A stretch of 64,000 nucleotides of DNA from Syntrophomonadaceae bacterium (GCA_018333865.1 JAGXSE010000066.1:66919-130918), one strand, 5' to 3'. Positions 9,314-20,213 are shown, counted from the stretch's first letter. Notes: generated by a model from the sequence alone, not told the origin. Program-made: numbers and translations.

Positions 9314-10151
9314 GCTTGCCCAAACTTTTCATAACCTGAAAATTAAAGAACAAAAAGCCCTCATCCCTTACGTCTGTTGCGGTGACCCCAGCCTGGAGTT
9401 CACAGAAAAGCTGGTCCTTCAGCTGGCAGAGGCCGGTGCAGATGTGATTGAGCTGGGGATTCCCTATTCCGACCCGGTAGCCGATGGACCCATCATCGAG
9501 AAAGCTGCCCAGCGGGCCCTGGCCGGCGGCATCTCCCTGGAGAAAATATTCGGGCTGGCAGCCACACTGGGCGAAAAAATCCCGACACCCCTGGTCCTGA
9601 TGACCTATTTCAACCCTATTTATCGCTATGGAGCAGGGAAATTTGTCCGCCGGGCAAGAGAGGCAGGGGTGGCCGGCCTCATTGTGCCTGACCTGCCGCC
9701 GGAGGAGAGCGGGATCTTACGTCAACTGACGCAAGAAGCAAATATGGACTTGATTTTTTTCGCGGCTCCCACCAGCACACCAGAACGCTTGCAGAAAATC
9801 GCGGCTTTGGCCGGCGGTTTCATCTACTGTGTCTCCGTTACAGGCGTGACAGGAAAAAGGGATCATGTCGCCGCAGGACTGGACGACTTTTTGCAGCGAG
9901 TTCGCTCAATAACAGATCTGCCTCTAGCCGTAGGCTTTGGCATTTCCAGTCCGGCAACAGCCCACCAAGCTGCCCGGCAAGCCGACGGCGTAATCGTCGG
10001 CAGCTCTTTGATTGAATTAATTGAAAAGAATCTGGCTTTAATCAGCACTACCCCTGAAACCGTGATCGAGGAAGTTTGCATATATACGGCAAGCATCAAG
10101 ACAGCAATCGTAGCAAGTGACAAGTATCTACTTGCTAAAGACCATTTTTGA
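9306..10151 (+). CDS. trpA: Tryptophan synthase alpha subunit
   Basis: [12 protein letters not shown] and [18 protein letters not shown] motifs. The GTG start at 9306 (RBS GGAGGTG at 9290-9296) overlaps the trpB stop. The ORF-track start at 9237 would add about 23 non-homologous residues. Confidence 0.85.
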   Translation: MNKLAQTFHNLKIKEQKALIPYVCCGDPSLEFTEKLVLQLAEAGADVIELGIPYSDPVADGPIIEKAAQRALAGGISLEKIFGLAATLGEKIPTPLVLMTYFNPIYRYGAGKFVRRAREAGVAGLIVPDLPPEESGILRQLTQEANMDLIFFAAPTSTPERLQKIAALAGGFIYCVSVTGVTGKRDHVAAGLDDFLQRVRSITDLPLAVGFGISSPATAHQAARQADGVIVGSSLIELIEKNLALISTTPETVIEEVCIYTASIKTAIVASDKYLLAKDHF

Positions 10152-10535
10152 AAAATATTCAATGATTTCCCTGCGGCGGATAATGCCTATGAATGTACCG
10201 TCATCATCGGCTACCGGCACAAAGTTTTGGTGGATGGAAAGATCAATCAAATCTTTCAGCTCAGTGTTGATGGATACTGACTGGTTTTGGAAATGCCGGT
10301 CAATATCTTTAATCAGCACCCGCTCCGCATCCAATAATGAAAAAACGGCATAATTCTTGATGGTCCAGAGCAAATCCCCTTCGGTCAGGGTACCCACGTA
10401 TTTCCCTTCATTATCCACCAAGGGGACAGCAGTCCAACGATGGTATTCCATCCGTTCTAAAGCCTGCCGCATGGTGGCATTTTCGTTTAAAAAAACTACC
10501 TCGCTTTTCGGAATGAGGAAAAATGCTATGTTCAT
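10128..10535 (-). CDS. CBS-domain pair protein
   Basis: Two CBS motifs (VPLVDNEGKYVGTLTEGDLL ; VPVADDDGTFIGIIRRREII). Start taken at MNIAFF (10535) because the upstream in-frame codons spell the RBS AGGGTGAGGGAGA. The 3' end overlaps the trpA 3' end by 24 nt (convergent). Confidence 0.7.
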   Translation of the reverse strand: MNIAFFLIPKSEVVFLNENATMRQALERMEYHRWTAVPLVDNEGKYVGTLTEGDLLWTIKNYAVFSLLDAERVLIKDIDRHFQNQSVSINTELKDLIDLSIHQNFVPVADDDGTFIGIIRRREIIEYFSKMVFSK

Positions 10536-10657
10536 TTGTAAGTCTCCCTCACCCTTTCTCAAATTCTTATGGTCATCCCATGATAAAAATATTCGCCAGC
10601 ACAGTTATTTAAGGGACATATGCTTTCAATCCCTAAGAGCTTTTGTCTGCCCAGGAA

Positions 10658-11167
10658 CTACAGATATTTTTTGAAATCCGCCAAAGACAGGCCTTCTAAT
10701 TGGAGTAAAAAAGCCTTGATTTCCGTCCTGGTACCGGCATAACCCACCAGGGAGCCGTCTTTGCCAATTACCCGGTGACAGGGGATTAAGATTGGTAACG
10801 GGTTATGCCGGTTAGCCTGGCCAACAGCCCGGGAGCCTTTTGGTCTTCCTGCTGCCGCAGCCACTGCCCCATAACTGCGCACCTCTCCGTAAGGAATATT
10901 CCCTAGTACCTCCCACACCTGTTTCTGAAAGCTTGTCCCCTCGATGATTAAAGGAAGGTTAAATTCCCGCCGTTTACCTTGAAAGTATTCCTCAATCTGC
11001 CGGATCGCTTCCCGGCACAGCTTTGGATCTCTTTTTATTTCCCCCAACTCAGCCTTGTAAGTCTGCCATTCATTTTCAGTCGTTGCTACTTTCCTGACAC
11101 CATGGTTATCTGCCACCACATAAATCAGGCCAATTGCTGCCGGGTAAACGTCATAACCGATGTTCAT
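10658..11167 (-). CDS. ogt: Methylated-DNA-protein-cysteine methyltransferase
   Basis: 169 aa. Active-site PCHRVIG motif and the TSFQKQVWEVL helix. Confidence 0.85.
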   Translation of the reverse strand: MNIGYDVYPAAIGLIYVVADNHGVRKVATTENEWQTYKAELGEIKRDPKLCREAIRQIEEYFQGKRREFNLPLIIEGTSFQKQVWEVLGNIPYGEVRSYGAVAAAAGRPKGSRAVGQANRHNPLPILIPCHRVIGKDGSLVGYAGTRTEIKAFLLQLEGLSLADFKKYL

Positions 11168-11207
11168 CGTTTCACCTCACCACCTGAACATATTGAATAA
11201 TATTTAA

Positions 11208-14200
11208 TCATGGAATTAGCCCGCTAGAATACAACATCCGTTTCAGCATAACCGCCGCTTCCGCCCGAGTGGCATTACCTTGGGGATATAGCTTGCCATC
11301 GTTATTTCCACGCATTACTCCGGCCCTGATCGCGTCTGATAGCTCGGCCATCGCCCACGGGCTGATATTTTCAGCATCCTGGAACCGATCCATACCCACC
11401 TCCCCAGTTAAGGAGTTGTTATTATATCCAGCCTTTTTCAAGGCCCGGGCAATTAAAACGCCTATCTCTTCCCTGGTAATAGGGTTATTGGGCCCAAAGC
11501 CCCCGTCCGCATAGCCCCGGACTAATCCTGCTTCGGCGGCAGCCTTGACCACCCTTTCATACCATCGGCCGCCTACATCGTTAAAGTAGCGACCGTCTCC
11601 TTTGGCAGTTAACCCAAGAGAACGGACGATCATGGCAGCAAACTCAGCCCGGGTTACGCTCTTATCGGGATCAAAAAGCCCATTGTCCTTACCGTGGATA
11701 ATCTTTCTTTTCGCCATGCTTTCAATCTCTGTTCTTGCCCAGTGGCTTCTGATATCGAAAAAATTCTTCGGCTGCAGGCGGATCAGGGCATAGACACCAG
11801 TACCCCGATGCCTGATAGTTACTTCCGTCTTTTCTTCCCGGATAGCAATAGAAGTGGGAACAGGGATCAGTTCATTGCTGACAGGGTCTATCCAGACTGC
11901 TGTTAAGTTCCCATGCTCTGTGCCATAAAGCTCAATCCGGCGGGCAACAAAGGATTTAAAACTAGCAACCTCTTTTTTATTGCCATTGTTCGCAGCTAGA
12001 AAAACTTTAAATTCGGTCGCAAGGCCCAGCGGTTCTCCCCCTAGCTTTACGATCATTTCCCCGATATTTGGAGCCGCATCTATGTCTGACGGCTGCCAAT
12101 AGAGATGAATTTTTAGATCCTTGGCCGAAGAAACGCCCAATTCCCTTGTTAGAGAAGGAATGTCCATCTCCTTTAAGGGAAGGAAAAAGGATATTTTGCC
12201 ATTAACTACAGGTATTACCCCCAGGCTATCTTTTTCCGCCATAGCCTGATACTGGTCTGCATCAATAATTGCCGCTGTCCTGGTACCATCAACCCTAAAT
12301 TCAATTAAACGGGGGGCTATGGGCTCCTGTCTCCGCGGACGAGGCCGATCCCTGATTTCTTCCTGACGCGTATCATTTGGTTTGCTTTGGCTTACAGTTA
12401 CAATTACTTGCTGTTCAGCCGAAAGATTCCCAGCCCCGTCTACCGCCCGGAAGGAAAGAAGGGTTTTGCCATCTGTAATAATCACACTGGTTTTTCCGTG
12501 GGTCCAGTCAATTCCGCCGTTTAAGCTATACTGGTAGGAGACACCGGTCAGGTTATCAACCGAACCACCCAATGTAAATTTCACCGGCTGACTAGCCACC
12601 GCACCGGGAAGATATTCGGCGCCATCTTCTTGGAAGAGATTTATTATTGGGACACCCGGCGGCTCACTATCGATAATAAAAGCGGCGGTCTCCCGATAAG
12701 GGGAATAGAGAGAACCATCAAAAGTACGCACCCTAAACTTGGCCTGATCAGTATTAAGCTTTGGCAAATAAAAATTTAGTGTGGTCAATGCAGCCTCTGC
12801 CTTATCCAGACCTCGCACCGGATGCCATAGGCTGCCGTCATAAAAATCCACTTCATAGCGCACCAAGTCCTGATTGGGATCTCCGGCAGGGGACCAGCTC
12901 AGGGAAACTGCGCTTCCACCCCGAAACAGGTTGCCAAAATCGTTAAATAAGCCGGGTTTTTCAGGGGGGTCGTTTGCAATGTTAAAGGTCCGCTGCAGGG
13001 AGGTGGTGACGAGGCCGTGAGCATCCTGCACCATAACCCACCAATCATACATCCCTGCCGGCCACAAAACCTTGTTTTCGACGGAAAAGCTGTGGGATTG
13101 CCCTCCGGGGCCGCTGCTTGGGACCGATGCTATCCCATCTGCAGCCCCAGGCGGCCTGATCAGGATAGTATGGCTTAAATTATCTCCCAGGTCTGGATCG
13201 CTGGAACTCCAGGCCAAGGTTATCTTACCCCCTCCGGCAGAAAACCTCATCCCATCTTCAGTTAGCAATGCCACCGCCGGAGCAAGATTGCCTGGGAGAG
13301 TGGCCTTGCTTTGGACTGAGGACCATCCCGTCTCCGTTCCCTCGCTGTTTCTGGCCCTGACCCTAAAGTAATAAGTAGTGCCAGGCTCCAGGTCAGCAGC
13401 AATAAAACCGGTGCCAGGCGTCCAATATTGGATTTGAGTCACTCCAGACGTAAAATCCGGAGCAGCAGACATTTCTAAATTGTATTGAGTTGCCTCAGGA
13501 TTCCCGCTCGGAACAATAGTCCCATTAATTGACGTCCTGCTCCCTTCCAGCAAATTAATGCCTGGCAGAGCGGCTAAGGTAATCTTGCTCGCAGCTGGAG
13601 AAAAATCAGACCAGGTACCCGCCTCAGATCTGGCTCGAACCTTGTACCAATACCTGGTGTTGGGATTTAAGCCCCTATCCGCATAACTTAAGGTGCTCGT
13701 GATGCCAACCGGGGCAAAGGGACCAGCTTCCGCAAGAGAAGACCAAACCTCATAGCCCCCGGTGCCAGCAATGGTATCATGGCGAAAGCCGCGATCGCGA
13801 GAAGGAGATACCAAAACAGGATTAGCTCCATCCGCAAAAAGCTGCGGATAATAATACCTGCCCTGGCCAGCTGTCACTGAGGCAGCGGCAAAAGAAACCT
13901 CCAATGTGTCCGGAGCGGCATATTGTTGAGCAACTGTGACAGCACCAGGCGGGTGAACAAGATAGATCGGGGCACCTGTATCTAAAAAAGAACTGCTAGT
14001 CGCCCCCTCCAGAGGGGCAAAGCTCAAAAAATGATCCCCAAGGGAACGCATCCACTGAAACCCAAGTGGTCCGGGCCTGCGGAAACCTGTGATATTAATG
14101 CTTCTGGCACCAGTACCAGATGCATTAAACGCCGCTACTTGGTAGCTGTGGCTAAACCCGTTATTGGCTCTGGCACCAGTCACTGATATAGCGACATGAT

Positions 14201-14804
14201 CAGCATGGGTCCCTTTCGATGCTGTAACAGTCCCAGTTGAAATGGTAGGAGCAGAGGCTAGACTATCTGCGAATAGGTTGACATCGCCCAAAACGGCAAT
14301 GGAGATATTATTCCGATACACAACATATCCCACCGCTCCTGCAGCTTTTGTCCAGGAGATGGTTACCATAAAAGGATCGTTTGTTGTGGCGCTTATTCCT
14401 GTGGGAACACCAGGCACCGTAATTCTGTTTGCCGGCGGCGACCAATCGCTTTCGTTTCCCCCTGGGACCCTGGCCTTGACCCTGAAAAAATAGACGGTGC
14501 CAGGCGTCAGGCCTGAGGCAGTAAAGCTGGTTGACGTTGACCAGTTTTGCACCTGGACAACTCCAACCGCAAACAGGTTATCAAGAGCCCGCTCCACATA
14601 AAACTGAGCGTCTGGCTGGTTGCCGTTAGATAAAATAAGGCCACTGATGGTAGTAGATGTAGCTGCTGGCAGAGAGATTCCAGGCACAAACACCTCGCCC
14701 GCAGAGGCTGTCCCTGGAAAATGATTAAAAAGCCAAAAAAAGCCAATTAACAAACAGGTTAATAATATGCGGCATCTTGCTTTAAGGTTCATCTGTCCCC
14801 ACAT
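11208..14804 (-). CDS. Large cell-surface protein with signal peptide, multiple fibronectin type III / Ig-like repeats and three C-terminal S-layer homology (SLH) domains
   Basis: 1198 aa. N-terminal hydrophobic signal. Repeated 'YYFRVRAR...W' FN3-like segments. C-terminal SLH repeats (FFDIRSHWARTEIESMAKRKIIHG ; FNDVGGRWYERVVKAAAEAGLVRGY ; FQDAENISPWAMAELSDAIRAGVMRG). Confidence 0.8.
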   Translation of the reverse strand: MWGQMNLKARCRILLTCLLIGFFWLFNHFPGTASAGEVFVPGISLPAATSTTISGLILSNGNQPDAQFYVERALDNLFAVGVVQVQNWSTSTSFTASGLTPGTVYFFRVKARVPGGNESDWSPPANRITVPGVPTGISATTNDPFMVTISWTKAAGAVGYVVYRNNISIAVLGDVNLFADSLASAPTISTGTVTASKGTHADHVAISVTGARANNGFSHSYQVAAFNASGTGARSINITGFRRPGPLGFQWMRSLGDHFLSFAPLEGATSSSFLDTGAPIYLVHPPGAVTVAQQYAAPDTLEVSFAAASVTAGQGRYYYPQLFADGANPVLVSPSRDRGFRHDTIAGTGGYEVWSSLAEAGPFAPVGITSTLSYADRGLNPNTRYWYKVRARSEAGTWSDFSPAASKITLAALPGINLLEGSRTSINGTIVPSGNPEATQYNLEMSAAPDFTSGVTQIQYWTPGTGFIAADLEPGTTYYFRVRARNSEGTETGWSSVQSKATLPGNLAPAVALLTEDGMRFSAGGGKITLAWSSSDPDLGDNLSHTILIRPPGAADGIASVPSSGPGGQSHSFSVENKVLWPAGMYDWWVMVQDAHGLVTTSLQRTFNIANDPPEKPGLFNDFGNLFRGGSAVSLSWSPAGDPNQDLVRYEVDFYDGSLWHPVRGLDKAEAALTTLNFYLPKLNTDQAKFRVRTFDGSLYSPYRETAAFIIDSEPPGVPIINLFQEDGAEYLPGAVASQPVKFTLGGSVDNLTGVSYQYSLNGGIDWTHGKTSVIITDGKTLLSFRAVDGAGNLSAEQQVIVTVSQSKPNDTRQEEIRDRPRPRRQEPIAPRLIEFRVDGTRTAAIIDADQYQAMAEKDSLGVIPVVNGKISFFLPLKEMDIPSLTRELGVSSAKDLKIHLYWQPSDIDAAPNIGEMIVKLGGEPLGLATEFKVFLAANNGNKKEVASFKSFVARRIELYGTEHGNLTAVWIDPVSNELIPVPTSIAIREEKTEVTIRHRGTGVYALIRLQPKNFFDIRSHWARTEIESMAKRKIIHGKDNGLFDPDKSVTRAEFAAMIVRSLGLTAKGDGRYFNDVGGRWYERVVKAAAEAGLVRGYADGGFGPNNPITREEIGVLIARALKKAGYNNNSLTGEVGMDRFQDAENISPWAMAELSDAIRAGVMRGNNDGKLYPQGNATRAEAAVMLKRMLYSSGLIP

Positions 14805-14839
14805 AATTATTAATAATTAGGTGCAGTTGTGCTGATAGG

Positions 14840-16045
14840 TTAAAATACCGGACCCAGGAAAAAGGGCTCCAGAGGGTCGGTGTAGCGAATAGTTTCCCCT
14901 TTTACCAATTCGCCTGAAGCGACGCTGATAATTTTTTGCAGGAGTTCTTCCCCGGCCTGGCTAACTGACCATTCTCCAGTGATAATCTTACCGGATGAGA
15001 AGTCGATGCTGCGGGGGGCTTTGGCTTCAGTCCTGGGATTACCGGTAATCATCATCAGTGGGGCCACCACACTCGTGTTGGTAGCCATCATTGGCGGGTC
15101 GTTGGACGGCAGATCTTCCCCGCCCAATTGATAAATCGTTACTTGACAGCCCGCAGCTGCAAGGCTCATTGGTAAAGAGAAAGAGGACATCCAGCCATCC
15201 ATGAAGTGCAGCCCCCGTTTTTTTGGCCGGCAGGCATACTCCAGGACCCCCTGAATGGGCATGGTACCGGCTTTGGCGACAGCCCCCAGGGACTTTTCTT
15301 CCAAGGTGCTGATACCGGCAGCTATATTGGAGGGAAGCGGGTTAATCGTGCGGATATCTTCCCCTGTCATTTTGGCGGCATTTTCTACTTCAGCAGCCAT
15401 CTCCAACAGCCTGGCAGCATCCCTGGGATCCACACAGCGGGCCGCCAGGTCGTGTTCAGCGCCAATAATCTCCACCGTCTCGGAAAAAATTGCCGTACCA
15501 CCTGCAGCAATCAGGCGGTCGGTGGCATTGCCGAAAGCCGGATTGCCGGCAATTCCCGAAGTGCCGTCAGACAGGCCGCATTTGACCCCAATCGTCAAGT
15601 AGGAAGCAGGCACCAGCTCGCGCCGGACCTTGGAGGCATCCGCCACCAACCTGCGGGCAGCTTCAATGCCTAGTTCCACCAGTCGTTCCAGCCCCCCTGC
15701 CTCTTCCACTGTCAGCACGATAACCGGCTTTCCGGCTTGAGCGATCTCCTCCGCAATCCGGTATGGTTCCAATTCCCGGTAGCCAAATCCTCTTCTAACC
15801 CCGAGGACGATGGTGGCATAGGTATTCGGGTTCTGCCCCAGTCCGATTAAAAGTCGCCCTAATCGCTCCCGGTCTCTGGATGGTCGCCCGATCTCCCCTG
15901 ATGTGATCACTGTGGTTGTCCCATAAACATATTGGGCAATGCGGGTAGCCGCAATATTGCATCTTGAGGTAGGAATCACCAGTACATGGTTCCGGACCCC
16001 GAACTGATCCTGGGGACGGGGGTAGCCATAAAATTCCATTAACAT
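14840..16045 (-). CDS. UxaA/GarD-family (altronate/galactarate dehydratase-like) large C-terminal subunit
   Basis: 401 aa. Homology pattern of the C-terminal domain of the UxaA family (..NHVLVIPTSRCNIAAT.., GVKCGLSDGTSGIAGNPAFG). Encoded separately from the SAF-domain N-terminal part upstream. Confidence 0.6.
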   Translation of the reverse strand: MLMEFYGYPRPQDQFGVRNHVLVIPTSRCNIAATRIAQYVYGTTTVITSGEIGRPSRDRERLGRLLIGLGQNPNTYATIVLGVRRGFGYRELEPYRIAEEIAQAGKPVIVLTVEEAGGLERLVELGIEAARRLVADASKVRRELVPASYLTIGVKCGLSDGTSGIAGNPAFGNATDRLIAAGGTAIFSETVEIIGAEHDLAARCVDPRDAARLLEMAAEVENAAKMTGEDIRTINPLPSNIAAGISTLEEKSLGAVAKAGTMPIQGVLEYACRPKKRGLHFMDGWMSSFSLPMSLAAAGCQVTIYQLGGEDLPSNDPPMMATNTSVVAPLMMITGNPRTEAKAPRSIDFSSGKIITGEWSVSQAGEELLQKIISVASGELVKGETIRYTDPLEPFFLGPVF

Positions 16046-16347
16046 CCGCCTCCTCTCGCCAAATCGCCCCGGCCTCTCATACCCTCTATATTGGCTACAT
16101 GGACATGTGCCCCTGCCGGGATGGCTTTTGTAGCCCTGCCGATAGGCTTTCCGTATTTTACTATGATCTCCCCGGCTTCAATAGGGTGAAGGGCCGCTTT
16201 GTGGCAGTAAGGCACCCGGGAGACCAGCGCGAGTGAAAGCGAATCTTCCGGAGTTTTAACGGCAATAACCTGGCCCGCTTCCCCTTCAACAATCATTGTC
16301 GCTACGTTGTCATCCTTGTGGAGTTGTAATGCCTGAAAAATCATCAA
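16039..16347 (-). CDS. SAF-domain small subunit of the split UxaA-family hydro-lyase
   Basis: 102 aa SAF-like beta-clip domain (LHKDDNVATMIVEGEAGQV). Overlaps the start of the large subunit by 7 nt. Confidence 0.55.
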   Translation of the reverse strand: MMIFQALQLHKDDNVATMIVEGEAGQVIAVKTPEDSLSLALVSRVPYCHKAALHPIEAGEIIVKYGKPIGRATKAIPAGAHVHVANIEGMRGRGDLARGGGC

Positions 16348-16649
16348 ATTCCTCCTCCTATTATAGACAGATTAGGCATCCCGTTTAAACCCTATTTTCA
16401 GCTACTGGCTTAATACTTCACCCGCTATCTCTTCTCTTGGACCGATTGGCGCCGCGCCTGGGACACTTTCAACCATCACCTCAACAGGGCTGTAAAAATT
16501 TACTTTTCCTTATCGATGATTTAGTGTTTTATAGTTTTTCTGCAAATTTTATCTATTCCCTGCCAATAGTTCAAGTTTTTTACCGCTTATGGTATTTGCC
16601 TTCCGCCTCGCAGCTGATTGATGGGCCAGGAGGTATTCAGGATAAAATG

Positions 16650-16678
16650 TTGACATGTTTAAATACTCTATACATACT
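16650..16678 (+). promoter_or_regulatory. Putative promoter of the AKR gene
   Basis: Perfect -35 TTGACA at 16650-16655, a 17 nt spacer, then -10-like CATACT at 16673-16678. It lies about 50 nt upstream of ATG 16727. Confidence 0.3.
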
Positions 16679-16726
16679 GTTATTGGAGGTGTTTTTTATG
16701 TATACCACCATCAAAGGCGTAGGTTT

Positions 16727-17755
16727 ATGAAAAAGCTGATGAACAGGCGCCGTTTTGTTAAACTGGGGCTTATTACCACCGCCGGTGTTAGCTTGGCGGG
16801 CTGCACGCATTTTTTTAATCAAGGTGCGCCGGAAGAAAAAAAGTCGCCAGAGAAGCTACCAGGCGTAAAGCCGCATCAGCCAGCGGCGGAAAAGCCTGTG
16901 GAACATGGACCTGATCCAGGAATACCACAGCGTGAATTTGGCCGAACCGGTCGCCAGGTGAGCATCCTCGGCCTGGGAGGTGCCTTTGCAGTAGCCCGGT
17001 CGGGATCCCCTGAAGAAGCTGCTGCCATCGTCGAACGATCGATCGACTTGGGCGTGAACTTTATCGATACAGCACCTACCTACGGTGCAAGCGAGGCCAA
17101 TATTGGCCGGGTAATGCTACGCCGGCGCCAAGAAGTCTTCCTGGCCAGCAAAACCATTGACCGCAGCTACGACGGCACCATGCGTCTCTTTGAGCAGAGC
17201 CTGAAGCGCCTGCAGACAGATCATCTGGATCTCCTGCAACTCCACGGTGTCCACACTGCTAACGACCTGAAAACGGCTCTCCGGCCCGGAGGAGCAATGT
17301 CGGCACTGGAGAAACTGAAAGATGAAGGGCTGATTAATTTCACCGGTATTACCAGCCATAGGAACCCGTCTGTTCTCTTGCAGGGGATCAATGAATACGA
17401 TTTTGACTGTATCATGCTCACCCTTAACGCGGGAGATCCTTATTACCAACCATTCCAGGAAGATCTGCTGCAGGCCGCTGTGGCAAAGAATTTGGGGATC
17501 ATTGCCATGAAGGTGGCTGCATATGGGCGTATCTTCCGGGAGGGAGGAATTACCACCATGAAAGATGCGATGGGCTATGTTCTCAGTTTCCCTGTCAGCA
17601 CTGCCGTGGTGGGGATTTCTAACCTGGCGGAATTGGAGGAAAATGCCAGTATCGCTGCCTCATTTAAGCCATTGGCCGCAGAAGAGCTGCATCGCTTGGA
17701 GCGTTTAGTGGAACCTTACCAGCAGGAAGTCAACTTCTTTAAAACACAGTGGTAG
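16727..17755 (+). CDS. Aldo/keto reductase with a twin-arginine (Tat) lipoprotein signal
   Basis: MKKLMNRRRFVKLGLITTAGVSLAGC is an RRxFxK Tat motif plus a lipobox. The remainder is AKR-family (GLGGAFAVAR..IDLGVNFIDTAPTYG..). Start at ATG 16727; the upstream ORF-track M at 16655 would precede the signal. Confidence 0.7.
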   Translation: MKKLMNRRRFVKLGLITTAGVSLAGCTHFFNQGAPEEKKSPEKLPGVKPHQPAAEKPVEHGPDPGIPQREFGRTGRQVSILGLGGAFAVARSGSPEEAAAIVERSIDLGVNFIDTAPTYGASEANIGRVMLRRRQEVFLASKTIDRSYDGTMRLFEQSLKRLQTDHLDLLQLHGVHTANDLKTALRPGGAMSALEKLKDEGLINFTGITSHRNPSVLLQGINEYDFDCIMLTLNAGDPYYQPFQEDLLQAAVAKNLGIIAMKVAAYGRIFREGGITTMKDAMGYVLSFPVSTAVVGISNLAELEENASIAASFKPLAAEELHRLERLVEPYQQEVNFFKTQW

Positions 17756-17887
17756 TACGAAAGACTCAACTAAGAGCGAGTGCTTTTGGCTGAGCGTTGG
17801 CCAGTGGCGCCTTGATAAACCAGAGCTAAAAAGTATATTGGAATTGCTTTCTGTAACAAACAGGTCGTCTTTTGGAGGCGGAATTGC

Positions 17888-20089
17888 TTGCAGAATAAAC
17901 TTAAGGTACTAAAGCAGTATTTCGGGTATGACCACTTTCGTGAAGGTCAAGAGCAACTTATCGACAGCATTTTAACCGGACGCGATGCTTTGGGCATAAT
18001 GCCTACCGGCTCAGGTAAATCCATGTGTTTTCAAGTCCCAGCCATGATTTTTACTGGCATTACCCTGGTAATATCCCCCTTGATCTCCCTGATGAAGGAT
18101 CAGGTCAACGCCCTGATTCAGGCAGGGATTAGAGCGGCATACATCAACAGCTCACTGACTGAGGAGCAGATCTATGCCACGATCAACAATGCGCAAAACG
18201 GAAGATATAAGATCATCTACATTGCTCCTGAGCGGCTCCGGTCGTCAGACTTCCTGGGCTTCGCGTGCTCTGCCGATATTTCACTTTTGGCAGTAGATGA
18301 GGCCCACTGCGTCTCCCAGTGGGGGCATGACTTTCGTCCGAGTTACAGGGAAATCGCGAACTTTGTAGACCGGCTGCCCAAACGGCCAGTTGTATCAGCG
18401 TTTACGGCAACTGCTACCCCCGAAGTGCGCACAGATATCCTCAGTCTGTTACGGCTCAACGACCCCAAAGTTTTAGTTACTGGCTTTGATAGAAAAAACC
18501 TGTATTTTGAGGTGCAAAAACCACAGGACAAGCCAGCCGCCCTGGAAGAGTTCCTGTCCGATAAAAAAGACAGATCCGGCATCGTATACTGTTCCACCAG
18601 GAATACCGTAGAGGAAATATGCCAAAGACTGAAGGAAAAGGGCTACAATGCATCACGCTACCACGCCGGCCTCTCCGATGGTGAACGCCATGCTAACCAG
18701 GACGATTTCCTCTACGATAGAATACAAATCATGGTGGCCACCAACGCTTTCGGCATGGGTATCGATAAATCCAACGTATCCTTCGTGGTGCACTACAATA
18801 TGCCCAAGAACATCGAGAGCTATTACCAGGAGGTCGGACGCGCAGGCCGTTCCGGTGAAGATGCAGAATGCCTGTTGCTCTACAGCGGACAGGATGTACG
18901 AACAAACATGTTTCTAATAGAGAGCAGCAAGGATCTCGAGTATCCAGACCTGGAAACAGAACAGCTGCTAAAAGCACGCGACCGCCAGAAACTAAAGGAG
19001 ATGACCTACTTCTGCCACACCACCGACTGCTTGCGGAGCTATATCCTCAAGTATTTCGGTGAAAGACCAGCGAACTTCTGCGGCCGCTGCAGCAACTGCC
19101 ACAGCCACTTCGAGACTGTGGACGTTACCATCGATGCCCAAAAGGTGATCTCATGTGTGTACCGGGCCAGGGAGCGCTACGGTGTGCAGATGATTATTGA
19201 CGTACTACGGGGCAGTAAAAAAGAGAAGATTACCCGCCTCGGCCTTGATCAGCTATCAACCTATAACATCTGCAAGCTCCCGGAAAACAGCATCAGGGAT
19301 ATCATCAATCACCTGGTGCTGAACGACTTCTTGGCTATCAGCAACGATGAGTATCCAGTACTTAAGCTCGGCAGGCGATCAGCTGAGGTGCTCAGGCAAG
19401 GCCTGAAAGTTGAGATGAAACTTCCCAAAGAAATTAAGAAGGCCAGAGACAGCGGCAAAAACCTCCCTGCCTCAAAGCATGTGAATAGTAAGCTTCTCAG
19501 TGCTTTAAAAGCCCTACGCCTTTCCATCGCCAACGAACAGAAAGTTCCCGCCTTTGTAATCTTCCCGGACAGCACGTTGGCCGACATGTGCCTGAAACTC
19601 CCCACAACCAGTGAGGAGCTTCTCAAGGTATCTGGTGTAGGGCAAGTAAAACTGCAGCGTTATGGAAAGAGCTTTCTCAATTTAATTGCGGAGCACCTTG
19701 CCGATACCCCGGAAGGCCAGGTAGCACAACCGCCAGAGACATCCACAGACCCACTTCAAACGGCGATAGAAATCTCCGATGAAGCAATCACAATCAGCGT
19801 TATTGCAGATAGACTGAACTGCCACCTGATCCAGCACGGCCTAAAGAAGCTAACCGCAGCAAAGATCAACGAATGGCTTATCTCAGAAGGCTACCTGCAG
19901 GCTAGCACTGATGAAACAGGCAAGAACGTTCGCAGGCCCACATCCAAAGGAACAGAGCTTGGCATAACAACAGAGAAGCGGACAGTTAACGGTGTGGAAT
20001 ACGACACCAACTTCTACGGCAGGACGGTGCAGACCTTGATTGTGGAAAGAGTGAGGGACATTCTTCGCTTTGCACAAATGTTGAGTTAA
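17888..20089 (+). CDS. recQ: ATP-dependent DNA helicase RecQ
   Basis: 733 aa. [33 protein letters not shown], the Zn-binding C-x-C...C..C region, and HRDC-like and extra C-terminal domains. TTG start with GGAGG RBS. Confidence 0.9.
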   Translation: MQNKLKVLKQYFGYDHFREGQEQLIDSILTGRDALGIMPTGSGKSMCFQVPAMIFTGITLVISPLISLMKDQVNALIQAGIRAAYINSSLTEEQIYATINNAQNGRYKIIYIAPERLRSSDFLGFACSADISLLAVDEAHCVSQWGHDFRPSYREIANFVDRLPKRPVVSAFTATATPEVRTDILSLLRLNDPKVLVTGFDRKNLYFEVQKPQDKPAALEEFLSDKKDRSGIVYCSTRNTVEEICQRLKEKGYNASRYHAGLSDGERHANQDDFLYDRIQIMVATNAFGMGIDKSNVSFVVHYNMPKNIESYYQEVGRAGRSGEDAECLLLYSGQDVRTNMFLIESSKDLEYPDLETEQLLKARDRQKLKEMTYFCHTTDCLRSYILKYFGERPANFCGRCSNCHSHFETVDVTIDAQKVISCVYRARERYGVQMIIDVLRGSKKEKITRLGLDQLSTYNICKLPENSIRDIINHLVLNDFLAISNDEYPVLKLGRRSAEVLRQGLKVEMKLPKEIKKARDSGKNLPASKHVNSKLLSALKALRLSIANEQKVPAFVIFPDSTLADMCLKLPTTSEELLKVSGVGQVKLQRYGKSFLNLIAEHLADTPEGQVAQPPETSTDPLQTAIEISDEAITISVIADRLNCHLIQHGLKKLTAAKINEWLISEGYLQASTDETGKNVRRPTSKGTELGITTEKRTVNGVEYDTNFYGRTVQTLIVERVRDILRFAQMLS

Positions 20090-20213
20090 GCAATACTCAG
20101 AAATGGCTGGGAAAACCCCTGCCTTTTTGCCTTTTCAAGCGCAGTGGCCGATTGAGTGAGCAGGAGTTTTTAAGGCAGCCGGAGAAGATATATTTAGCAG
20201 GAGGGGAAGAGAA

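Noticed and set aside
15206-15673. Antisense ORFs inside the UxaA-family gene. There are similar ones inside trpE, trpB, the S-layer gene, htpG, the Mo enzyme and the TAXI gene (for example 4455-4859, 8603-9089, 63079-63540)
   Set aside because: They lie entirely within longer ORFs that have strong homology on the opposite strand, and they are rich in Arg/Pro/Gly from GC-rich antisense codons. These are typical shadow ORFs.
16437-16730. 97 aa ORF upstream of the AKR gene
   Set aside because: No homology and an odd composition. It overlaps the predicted promoter and RBS region of the AKR gene, so it is more likely untranslated leader sequence.
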